Below, one piece after another: positions 54,843 to 62,755 of a stretch of DNA of 64,000 nt. Origin of the DNA: Rickettsiales bacterium (GTDB lineage: Bacteria > Pseudomonadota > Alphaproteobacteria > Rs-D84); NCBI GenBank assembly GCA_031266915.1, contig JAISAB010000024.1, positions 23,571 to 87,570 on the forward strand. The letters run 5' to 3'. The stretch's first letter is position 1. Each line of letters begins with the position of its first letter. A program made the translations under genes and the position numbers. The notes beneath the pieces were generated by a model, which saw nothing but the letters and a program-made list of their open reading frames with translations, ran no database searches and had not been told where the DNA came from.

Positions 54843-57200
54843 TCAGGTCATTGGCGGAAAACAATCCCCGCCGGCGGCCGGACAACAATTGAAACCGTCT
54901 GCGCCCATATCGGTATAGGTCTCGCCGGTGCAGCAACCATTGGCGTCCGGCGCCGTTTTGTCTTCGCACTGCAGCGCGGCGGGCGGCGTTTCAACCGGCA
55001 ATTGTTTGAACGGATTCTGTACCGTGCCGTTGTCGTTATAATTCAGGCCCAATACGTTTTCGTTATACTTTTGGGTGCCGGTCTGCAGTTTGTCCCATTG
55101 TTTGGTCTTGTCATCGTAGACCGCGTTACTAGTCGTTTGCTGGTTCTGGTACACAGCCGCCTGTTTCGCGTTGTTGATTGCCTTGTATTGCGCGGACTGG
55201 CAATAAAACAGAACAGTACGGTAATCATAGCCGGCCGCTTGGATTTGCTTTTCCTGCCCCTCATTTACGCCGCCTGTGAAATTTCCATTGGCGTCTCTTT
55301 TGCAATATCCATCCATATCGAACGAGCGCACCTGACCGGTCATGGAACCGGCGTTTTCCGCCGACTCACCTATGCCGGATGGTCTTCCCGGGTTATCAAC
55401 GCGTGGGTTGGAGCCATACGTCTCTATGGCGCATTTTTTATTGCTTTCCGTCGGGGCGCCGCATGTAACCAGCAAATCCACAGGCGAAAATACGGTAATG
55501 CGCGTGCCGGCGGCAATCGAGAAGGGCGGCACGGTGTTGTCCATCATATCGACCAACAATTTCTGAGCCACCTTGTTCCAGGCGGTGACGATTTCATTCT
55601 TGGCCAGTTCGGACGAGCGAACTTGGCCGCTTTGCGTCACCGTGTTATTGTCTAAATCAATCTGGTTGACAAACCGATCTGAAATCGGCGCAATCATATT
55701 TACCGCCGCCGGCACAACCGCCGTCAGCATCGGCATGACGAACTGTTCCAGATAATCCGTCGAGCCGCGGCCCGGCACGCCGATTCGTCCCTGGGCGTCG
55801 CCGGAAAACGGATTTTGTCCGGTGCCGAAATTAAATTCGACGCCATCGGGGCGGACGAACTGATACCAGTTGACCTGCATCCGGCCGATGGCCTTATAAG
55901 GGCCGGGCATATCGCCGGTGACATAGCCGTACAAAGTCGTTCCTGTTGGCACAATGATGGTGCGGCCATTGTCGGAATAAACATTCCGGTCGACGGTCGC
56001 GATGATGGGCAATATGTGGTCGTCGGTTATCAGTCTTTGTTCGGCGCGGATTTCAGAAACGATTGTCGCCGGTATCGGCTTGTATTGCCGCAGTATGAAC
56101 GTACGGTCATAAGGCGCGCTGGACACGACTGTGGTGCCGCTGGACGTCATAATTTTGTCTGTCTTTTGCACAAAACCCGGATTAAGAACCGACAGTCTTT
56201 GCGAAGTGCCGTACGCTGCGCCGGCCAAATCTGCGGATTCCAGCTGACGCGCGCGGTTGACATTCTTAGGCGCGACCGGATTTGACAGTTGCGGAATCGC
56301 ACCGTTGGTAATCGACGCATAGCCGATATGGTCCGCATCCGTCCCAATCTTGCGTCCGGAATTATTTATATCCATGATTATGCCGTTGTCGGGATTATAA
56401 GTCCCGGTCGGGGAATCGCAATTCTTGTCCGAAAAGGGATGAAAGAAATATGCGCCGCCCTTGGGCCTGATCCATCCGATTTGTTGGCCCGATGCGCCGT
56501 ATCCCGGGAACGCGAAATCGGAACAATCTTCGGCCGACAGCTGCAGCGCCGGCGCCGCGACGACGAGCGGTGCGGGCGACGGTTCGGGCACCACAGGGAC
56601 GCTTGGGATAATCGGCGCGACCTTTTCCTGAACAATCGGGGCGGGCGCCGCCGGTTTATGTTCAGGTTCAGACTCAGGTTCTGGTTCAGGCTTCGCAACC
56701 GGGGTGGCCGCGACCGCGATGGTAATCTTGTCGGTGCGCTTTATGATGTTTTCCAGCTGCGACGCGTCATGCCAGTCGACGAACAGCGACGCGCCGCTGA
56801 CATCGGCCGGTATCGTCGGCGCGTATTCGACGCTGATGGTGCACGAAACCTTGTCGCTGATTCCGATGTTCGGGCAGGTCGTTTTCGGTTTCGACAATCC
56901 GGGAACGTCATTGGATGGCGGCCGGACCGCGTCGATTTTGACCGGCTTGTCGGCCATAACGGTAAATGTTTGGGTTTTGACCTCTCCGACTTTGGTCGTT
57001 GTCCAATCGACGGTATCGGGGTCGATGGCTATGGACGCCGGAACGGTTTCCGTCGGTTCGGCAACCGGGTTCTTGTCACCTTTTAGCAACAGAACCAGCA
57101 AAATCAAGACAACGATGAACGCTGCGGCCAACAACAGCCACTGCACATGTTTCGGCGTGTTTTTTCTGAGTTCTGAAAATTGCGTTTTTAATGATTGCAT
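54843..57200 (-). CDS. VirB10/TrbI/DotG-family type IV secretion protein with extra N- and C-terminal modules
   Basis: It has an N-terminal TM segment and a Pro-rich linker (KPEPEPESEPEHKPAAPAP). The TrbI-like core is ATVDRNVYSDNGRTIIVPTGTTLYGY...MQVNWYQFVRPDGVEF...IAAGTRITVFSPVDL. A Cys-rich tail of about 200 aa follows. Confidence 0.8.
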   Translation of the reverse strand: MQSLKTQFSELRKNTPKHVQWLLLAAAFIVVLILLVLLLKGDKNPVAEPTETVPASIAIDPDTVDWTTTKVGEVKTQTFTVMADKPVKIDAVRPPSNDVPGLSKPKTTCPNIGISDKVSCTISVEYAPTIPADVSGASLFVDWHDASQLENIIKRTDKITIAVAATPVAKPEPEPESEPEHKPAAPAPIVQEKVAPIIPSVPVVPEPSPAPLVVAAPALQLSAEDCSDFAFPGYGASGQQIGWIRPKGGAYFFHPFSDKNCDSPTGTYNPDNGIIMDINNSGRKIGTDADHIGYASITNGAIPQLSNPVAPKNVNRARQLESADLAGAAYGTSQRLSVLNPGFVQKTDKIMTSSGTTVVSSAPYDRTFILRQYKPIPATIVSEIRAEQRLITDDHILPIIATVDRNVYSDNGRTIIVPTGTTLYGYVTGDMPGPYKAIGRMQVNWYQFVRPDGVEFNFGTGQNPFSGDAQGRIGVPGRGSTDYLEQFVMPMLTAVVPAAVNMIAPISDRFVNQIDLDNNTVTQSGQVRSSELAKNEIVTAWNKVAQKLLVDMMDNTVPPFSIAAGTRITVFSPVDLLVTCGAPTESNKKCAIETYGSNPRVDNPGRPSGIGESAENAGSMTGQVRSFDMDGYCKRDANGNFTGGVNEGQEKQIQAAGYDYRTVLFYCQSAQYKAINNAKQAAVYQNQQTTSNAVYDDKTKQWDKLQTGTQKYNENVLGLNYNDNGTVQNPFKQLPVETPPAALQCEDKTAPDANGCCTGETYTDMGADGFNCCPAAGGDCFPPMT

Positions 57201-57202
57201 CT

Positions 57203-57285
57203 TACCGTAATCCGTAATCCGTAATCCGTAATCCGTAATCGGAGGAATCGGATTACCGATTACCGATTACCGATTACCGATTACG
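57203..57285. repeat. heptamer-built quasi-palindrome (CCGTAAT)5 ... (CGATTAC)5
   Basis: It fills the VirB9-like/VirB10-like intercistronic gap. The arms pair at 6 of 7 positions per unit, with a regular C:C mismatch. Confidence 0.85.
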
Positions 57286-57287
57286 AT

Positions 57288-58757
57288 TTACTGTATCCTT
57301 ACCACGTGGCAGTTAGCGCCGCTGAACTTCAGCATTTGGTCGCATAGTTTCTGGGCGCTGTCTATGTCTGACATCGGGCCTATGCGCAAGCGGTACAGCC
57401 GCGCGGCGGACGAATCGGAGCCCAAATCGCCGACGCCCTGTTCGTCCACTGCGAAAAAGACCATATTCTTGTAAGGGGTCAGCAGGCCTTGGCCGTCTTC
57501 GCCGCTAAGCTTTGCCAGCAAAGACGTCCAATAATCGTTCAGTGCCTTGACCGATGTGTCCGAACGCAGTTCGACCGCGACGCCCGCCTGGTTGCTGCTT
57601 ATCAGCGGGATATTTGTCTGTGGCAGGTATGCGCCGGTCGTGTTTCTTTCTGTCGGAATCATCATAACGCCGCCTTTGCCGCCGGCATATCCGCCGCCCA
57701 TGGGCGCACTGTACGACATTGTCGGCGCGACGCCGTAACCGTTCGTCGCCGCCATAGCCGGCTGTTGCCCGCCGCCGACATAGGTGCCGTTCAGCGACTG
57801 GCTGCTGTACATGGACTGGGCGACGTTCGCCTCGGCCAGGGCCATGACGGACGCAGTATCCGCAATCAGGAACGGCTTTTCGCGTTTCTTGATGCATACG
57901 ATTCGCTGGCCGCTGCGCAGTATCATGTCGCCGACGGCCTCGATTATCAATAATCTTCCGTTTTCGCCGTCGGTGCGAAATCCGACCGGGGATTCGCCGC
58001 CTTCGACCAACAGGGATACGACGGGACGCTGGGTCATCGCGATAACCTTGTCGCCAAAGTCGATATAGGTGAAGATTCTATCGCGCCACACGCGTTCGGG
58101 CGCGATGACGTAATCGTCGGGATTCGGCACAAAGATGTCCAAATCGAAACGGAATTCAGACGGGTCGATTTTCATGGATTTAATCCAGCCGTAATCTTCG
58201 CCGTCTACGCCCAAAGCAGCAGAACCGCCGGTGGAGGCCTTTTTAAAGATGGAATTCATGCCCGAAGACGGCGCGCCGGTCGCTGACGCCGCCGGCAGTG
58301 CGCGGTTGCCGTCCAACACGACGTCGACCTGAGAATAGGTGATTTCGCTGCTGTTTGCCGGTTCGCTGCGCAGATAGAAAATGTATTTATTTCCGCTTTT
58401 GCCCGTGACAATCAGGTTTGTGTCCGCACCCATATTGGTTCCCTCGGGCGTGATGTACATCGAGCGTCCGCCGTTTTGCGGCGCGAATTGGAACAGGTCG
58501 CTGTTGCCGACGACGCCGTCCTCGATTTGTTCGCCATCGGGCAGGTTAACCATAGTGACCATGCCATTGCGCAGCTTGATGGGCAGAACGCTGCCCGCCG
58601 ACCAGGTCAGCTGGGCGTATCCGGGTTTCAAGGAACCCGCGGCCATGTTCGCATTCGGGTTATCCCAAGCCTCTTGGATGCCGACCTCGGCTGCACTCGC
58701 GGCGCGCGCGCCGCAAAGAATAAAGAATAAAGAATAAAGAATAAACTTTTTTAACAT
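57288..58757 (-). CDS. VirB9/TrbG/DotH-family type IV secretion protein fused to a C-terminal SPOR-like domain
   Basis: It has a signal peptide. The VirB9-like N-domain is VLPIKLRNGMVTMVNLPDGEQIEDGVVGNSDLFQF...TNLIVTGKSGNKYIFYLRS. The C-terminal LYRLRIGPMSDIDSAQKLCDQMLKFSGANCHVVR is SPOR-like. Confidence 0.75.
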   Translation of the reverse strand: MLKKFILYSLFFILCGARAASAAEVGIQEAWDNPNANMAAGSLKPGYAQLTWSAGSVLPIKLRNGMVTMVNLPDGEQIEDGVVGNSDLFQFAPQNGGRSMYITPEGTNMGADTNLIVTGKSGNKYIFYLRSEPANSSEITYSQVDVVLDGNRALPAASATGAPSSGMNSIFKKASTGGSAALGVDGEDYGWIKSMKIDPSEFRFDLDIFVPNPDDYVIAPERVWRDRIFTYIDFGDKVIAMTQRPVVSLLVEGGESPVGFRTDGENGRLLIIEAVGDMILRSGQRIVCIKKREKPFLIADTASVMALAEANVAQSMYSSQSLNGTYVGGGQQPAMAATNGYGVAPTMSYSAPMGGGYAGGKGGVMMIPTERNTTGAYLPQTNIPLISSNQAGVAVELRSDTSVKALNDYWTSLLAKLSGEDGQGLLTPYKNMVFFAVDEQGVGDLGSDSSAARLYRLRIGPMSDIDSAQKLCDQMLKFSGANCHVVRIQ

Positions 58758-58830
58758 TTCTATTTCTCCAGAATTTGTAATTAAAGAAACAAGACGAAAG
58801 AAATTTATTCTTTATTCTTTATTCTTTATT
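58715..58830. repeat. heptamer-built palindrome (AGAATAA)4 ... (TTATTCT)4 spanning the VirB9-like start
   Basis: The left arm (58715-58745) encodes residues 5-14 of the VirB9-like signal peptide. The right arm (58804-58830) is intergenic. The loop contains GGAG and the ATG. Confidence 0.85.
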
Positions 58831-58848
58831 CACTTGGATTTCATGCCT

Positions 58849-59523
58849 TTATATGAAATCCAACGGGTCGCCGCGGCCAACCTCCACCTTGTATTCCGAT
58901 ACTCGGATGCCCAGCGGATTGTTCAGCCGTTCCGTCCATTTTATCGTGTTTTCCAATTCCAATTTCACTTCGATTGTATAATCTTTTTCGGTGGTCTGTC
59001 CATCACTATTTGTGCAGAAAAACCTGAAGCTGACCGCATAGGTGTTCAACTCGTTCGTTTTCGGGTCGCGCGCGCGCCGCGCGATGGGTCCGGTGAATTC
59101 GACCGGACAACGGAATTCGAAATCCGGCGGCTCGGCCATATAAGCCATCCACATGCGGGTTTTCATGAATTCTTGATAGACCTCGGGTGTGCTCCACATA
59201 TATACAGTGCCTTCTTCGCCCTCGTTGGTCCACTTGCGCTGCATCGCGGCGGCGCTGGGAATGATTTCGTTGCGGGCCTTGATGTATTCCTTGATAAAGG
59301 CCTGTTTATAAACCTCTATATTATCCTTTTCCGGCGTGAAGTCTGACAGCTTTATTTCCATCTCGGCCCGTGGCTGGGTTGTCAGAAAGAAAACCTGGGT
59401 CCGATTAAGCGGATACATCTTTGCCAATGTGACGACAAGAACCACCACCACAACCAAGCTGGCGGCGAATACGAAAGTCATTAATCTTGACATCAAAATA
59501 GGGGGTTCGATACTGTCGGCCAC
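58849..59523 (-). CDS. VirB8/DotI(IcmL)-like type IV secretion protein
   Basis: It has a single N-terminal TM segment (FVFAASLVVVVVLVVTLA) followed by a periplasmic domain of about 190 aa. It lies directly upstream of the VirB9- and VirB10-like genes. The start is uncertain, either GTG 59523 or ATG 59493. Confidence 0.6.
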   Translation of the reverse strand: MADSIEPPILMSRLMTFVFAASLVVVVVLVVTLAKMYPLNRTQVFFLTTQPRAEMEIKLSDFTPEKDNIEVYKQAFIKEYIKARNEIIPSAAAMQRKWTNEGEEGTVYMWSTPEVYQEFMKTRMWMAYMAEPPDFEFRCPVEFTGPIARRARDPKTNELNTYAVSFRFFCTNSDGQTTEKDYTIEVKLELENTIKWTERLNNPLGIRVSEYKVEVGRGDPLDFI

Positions 59524-59680
59524 GCTCCTTATCCTCTCCTTTGTTAAAGGATTGTAGAAAAAAAACAACGGGCCGCGCAAGCAAAAAAATAGCAATTAGC
59601 AAATATCAAATAAGGCAGAAATAAATTTAAGATTTATGATTTGGCGCAAGCTTGCCTACTTCTGCTTTTTGCCTTATTTG

Positions 59681-59863
59681 CTATTTTCCCACGGCAGGTT
59701 CGACGGGAAATCTTGGCAAGACGCTGACTTGTCCACCAAAGACAAAAATATCAGTCCCCCTTGAAACAACTTTAACAGCATATCTTCTGGGATTTCCAAT
59801 TTGCCGTTTGCGTATTCCATAAATTGCCTTTGCGCGATTTCTAATAATCAGGCCGCCTGACAT
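59681..59863 (-). CDS. small basic hypothetical protein between leader F and the T4SS genes
   Basis: 60 aa with no Shine-Dalgarno. It overlaps the end of a 24-codon ORF that does have an AAGGA Shine-Dalgarno. Its coding status is uncertain. Confidence 0.3.
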   Translation of the reverse strand: MSGGLIIRNRAKAIYGIRKRQIGNPRRYAVKVVSRGTDIFVFGGQVSVLPRFPVEPAVGK

Positions 59864-59954
59864 TGCGTCATATTGAGTTTTTCGTGCGCAATGCGCAAAG
59901 AGTCACCGATAATGTTATGCATTTCAAGTCCTTGGTTTTGTAAAACTTTTTCAA

Positions 59955-60168
59955 TAAAAAAAGACCACCATTCGAAAGGTGGCCGGGAGTTCATCGGTCA
60001 GAAATACTTAACCCCGTTGCCTTTGGCCGAAACCTGTTATATAGCAACAGCATCCCGACCTTGGCCGGGACACTTGGTAGATTGGTACTTCGGGGCGATG
60101 AAACCCGTTCACACTAACAAATGTCTATTCAATACAGGGCATTATACACTATTTTTCTGAATTTGCCA
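59955..60168 (-). promoter_or_regulatory. structured leader RNA, copy F (upstream of the VirB8-10-like operon)
   Basis: The promoter is TGGCAA-16-TATAAT. The segments are UCCCGGCC / GGUCGGGAU / UCCCGGCCACC / GGUGGUC followed by U7. The interior CUGUUGCUAUAUAACAGG..CCAAAGGCAACGGGGUU is shared with copy E. Confidence 0.65.
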
Positions 60169-60349
60169 GGAAATTCTGACTTTTTCGCTTGCGTCGGTCC
60201 GATTAAAGCCTTATAATACTTTCCGCTTGATTTTTAGTATCAGTGTGCTATCTTGGCGCGAGTTACCAAGCAAAAAATGGTGTTTTGGGCAGGTATGTGC
60301 GGCATTTTGGTGTGATGTTTGTTTTGCGCCGTGCGCTGTTGAAGACCAC

Positions 60350-60423
60350 AGGGGCATAGTTCAACGGTAGAATATCGGTCTCCAAAACCGCGGATGAGGG
60401 TTCGATTCCTTCTGCCCCTGCCA
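60350..60423 (+). tRNA. tRNA-Trp (anticodon CCA)
   Basis: AGGGGCATAGTTCAACGGTAGAATATCGGTCTCCAAAACCGCGGATGAGGGTTCGATTCCTTCTGCCCCTGCCA. The anticodon loop is CTCCAAA. It occupies the canonical position upstream of secE. Confidence 0.9.
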
Positions 60424-60512
60424 ATTTTCGTGACACGTGATACATAGCGCGTGTACGAAATAAAAAAAGTCGTGTCACGTATTTCGTGTCACGTGTTACG
60501 GATTACGGAAAA

Positions 60513-60692
60513 ATGAAAAAGATGCTTGAATATATTAAATCGGTGCGCGGCGAATGGTTCAAGATTATATGGCCGACGCGCGATACGGTTATCCGCGCAA
60601 CAATCATGATTTTAATCTTTTCCGGATTGGCGGCGTTGTTTTTCTTTTTAACCGACAGTGTTTTGACCGCGGTCGTCGGATGGATTTTCTAA
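60513..60692 (+). CDS. secE: preprotein translocase subunit SecE
   Basis: 59 aa. It has KSVRGEWFKIIWPTRDTVI followed by a single TM segment. It lies between tRNA-Trp and nusG. Confidence 0.85.
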   Translation: MKKMLEYIKSVRGEWFKIIWPTRDTVIRATIMILIFSGLAALFFFLTDSVLTAVVGWIF

Positions 60693-60720
60693 GCAAGGAA
60701 CAAAACTGATGGAAGGCAAT

Positions 60721-61242
60721 ATGCAATGGTTTGTTGTTAACGTTCACACCGGATGCGAGGACAAGGTCGCCCGCGGCCTGCGCGAGCAGATTGACAAGCG
60801 CCGTTTGAACGCGCTGTTCGGCGAAATCCTGGTGCCCACGCGCGAAGTGACCGAGGTCAAGGCCGGCAAGCGTGTAAAAAGCGAAAAGAAATTCTTTCCC
60901 GGATATATCGTCGTCCAGATGAACATGACCAACGAAACGTTTTCGCTGGTGAAATTAATGCCGCAGGTCGTCATGTTCCTGGGTCAAAAGAACAAGCCTA
61001 TTGCGGTAAGCGAGGATGAGGCGCGCCGCTTGCAAAAGCAGGTCGAAGAAGGCGTATTCTCGACCGAGACGCAAGAATACGAAATCGGCCAAGAGGTCCA
61101 TGTTATCGACGGACCATTTGCGAACTTCAACGGCGTCGCGGCCGAAGTCGACAACGCAAAGCAAAGAATGACTGTTACGATTTTGGTCTTTGGCCGTGAA
61201 ACCAGCGTCGAGCTGGAATTCAGTCAGGTCGAGAAAGTCTGA
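60721..61242 (+). CDS. nusG: transcription termination/antitermination factor NusG
   Basis: It has the NGN domain (MQWFVVNVHTGCEDKV) and the KOW motif (GQEVHVIDGPFANFNGV). Confidence 0.95.
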   Translation: MQWFVVNVHTGCEDKVARGLREQIDKRRLNALFGEILVPTREVTEVKAGKRVKSEKKFFPGYIVVQMNMTNETFSLVKLMPQVVMFLGQKNKPIAVSEDEARRLQKQVEEGVFSTETQEYEIGQEVHVIDGPFANFNGVAAEVDNAKQRMTVTILVFGRETSVELEFSQVEKV

Positions 61243-61258
61243 CGCGGCAAAGCCGCGC

Positions 61259-61415
61259 AAAGGCAGAAGGCAAAAGGCAAAAGGCAGAAATGTCCGATGC
61301 GCGGAGCCCCTGCCGCAAATTGTGGAAGATGCGCCACATCGCACCACAAACACTAACTGCGGTTGGTATTCGGCATTCGGCATACTTCTGCCTTTTGCCT
61401 TTTGCCTTCTGCCTT
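61259..61415. repeat. heptamer-built palindrome (GGCAGAA/GGCAAAA units) between nusG and rplK
   Basis: A 30-bp perfect inverted repeat, AAGGCAGAAGGCAAAAGGCAAAAGGCAGAA / reverse complement. The arms are separated by about 95 nt. Confidence 0.9.
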
Positions 61416-61432
61416 AAACACGGAGTGTTGAA

Positions 61433-61864
61433 ATGGCAAAAAAAGAAGTCAAGGGACTGGTCAAGCTGGTCGTCCCCGCAAAACAGGCGAATCCTGCGCC
61501 GCCTATTGGTCCGGCCTTGGGCGCCGCCGGCGTGAACATCGCGGAATTCTGCAAACAATTCAACGACGCGACCGCCGACAAGGAACCGGGAATGCCGATT
61601 CCTTGCATTATTACCGTATACACGGACCGCAGTTTCGAATTCATCATGAAATTGCCGCCGGTATCCTATTACATCAAAAAGGAATTAAAGCTGAAGCTGG
61701 GGTCGAAAAAGCCGGGCCGCGAATTCGTCGGCACGCTGTCCCAGGATGCAATCAGAAAAATTGCCGAGGCCAAAATGCCGGATTTAAATTGCTCTACCAT
61801 TGAAGCGGGCGCGAAAATCGTCGCCGGTCAATGCCGTTCCATGGGCGTAAAGGTGGAGGAATAA
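61433..61864 (+). CDS. rplK: 50S ribosomal protein L11
   Basis: MAKKEVKGLVKLVVPAKQANPAPPIGPALG is the canonical L11 N-terminus. Confidence 0.97.
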   Translation: MAKKEVKGLVKLVVPAKQANPAPPIGPALGAAGVNIAEFCKQFNDATADKEPGMPIPCIITVYTDRSFEFIMKLPPVSYYIKKELKLKLGSKKPGREFVGTLSQDAIRKIAEAKMPDLNCSTIEAGAKIVAGQCRSMGVKVEE

Positions 61865-61868
61865 AATC

Positions 61869-62543
61869 ATGAAAACGACAAAAAGACAAAAAACTTGGAC
61901 CGCGTTGGATGCCGACAAAGTGTATCCGATTGCGGACGCTATCGATGTATTGCGCGGTTTTTGTTCCAAAAAATTCGATGAGAGCCTGGAAATCGCCGTC
62001 CGTTTGGGTGTCGATGTGACCAAGGCCGACCAGAATATCCGCGGCATGCTGTCGTTGCCGCACGGCACTGGCAAAACAGTTCGCGTCGCTGTGTTTACTG
62101 AGAACGCCCAGGCCGATGCCAAAAAAGCTGGCGCTGACATTGTCGGCGGTGAAGAATTAATCGACAAGGTGGTCGGCGGCTTTCTGGATTTCGACCGCGT
62201 TATCGCGACGCCCGACATGATGCCGAAGATGTCGAAAATCGCGCGCGTTTTGGGACCAAAAGGCCTGATGCCTAACCCGAAACTGGGTACGGTTACGAAC
62301 GATGTTGCGGGCGCAATTGCGACCGCCAAGGCCGGCCAGATTGAATATCGCGCCGAAAAAAGGGGCATCGTCCACGCCGGAATCGGCAAGATGTCTTTCA
62401 CAACGGACAAGCTGGTCGAAAACGTGGCCGCGCTGATAGACCAGTTGAAAAAGATTAAGCCCGCGTCCAGCAAGGGCCAATATATTCTGGGTTGTTCCGT
62501 CACGACGACGCAGGGACCCGGTTTGAAAGTAGAGGCCAAGTAA
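61869..62543 (+). CDS. rplA: 50S ribosomal protein L1
   Basis: FDESLEIAVRLGVD and GTGKTVRVAVF are present, with typical L1 length and position. Confidence 0.97.
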   Translation: MKTTKRQKTWTALDADKVYPIADAIDVLRGFCSKKFDESLEIAVRLGVDVTKADQNIRGMLSLPHGTGKTVRVAVFTENAQADAKKAGADIVGGEELIDKVVGGFLDFDRVIATPDMMPKMSKIARVLGPKGLMPNPKLGTVTNDVAGAIATAKAGQIEYRAEKRGIVHAGIGKMSFTTDKLVENVAALIDQLKKIKPASSKGQYILGCSVTTTQGPGLKVEAK

Positions 62544-62755
62544 GTTAAAGGATAAGTTATAACTTATCCTTGCGCGGCGGCGCTGCCGCGCATCAGGTTT
62601 CTGTCCAAGACTGATGGTGTCGGGCAAATCCCGGCTTAATTGCCATCATAGACAAAGAGATAAATCTTTGGGGCAGGAAAAAGCCCCATCCCGACGGCGT
62701 CCGCGCGATGCCGGCCGGTGTGGAAAGTTGAACGAAAAAGTAAGGATATGATAGA

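Noticed and set aside
59681-59863. A possible CsrA-like identity for the 60-aa protein upstream of the T4SS genes, together with the GGA-rich orphan RNAs acting as sponges
   Set aside because: Only a vague beta-strand pattern resembles CsrA (LIIRNR vs LILTRR). The hallmark GxxAP and R-x-E-I segments are absent and the ORF lacks a Shine-Dalgarno. The idea is kept only as something an HMM search could test.
62544-62755. The rplA-rplJ spacer as the classical L10 autoregulatory leader
   Set aside because: The position is right and hairpins are present. I could not match the conserved L10-leader structure by eye, so it is not listed as a feature.
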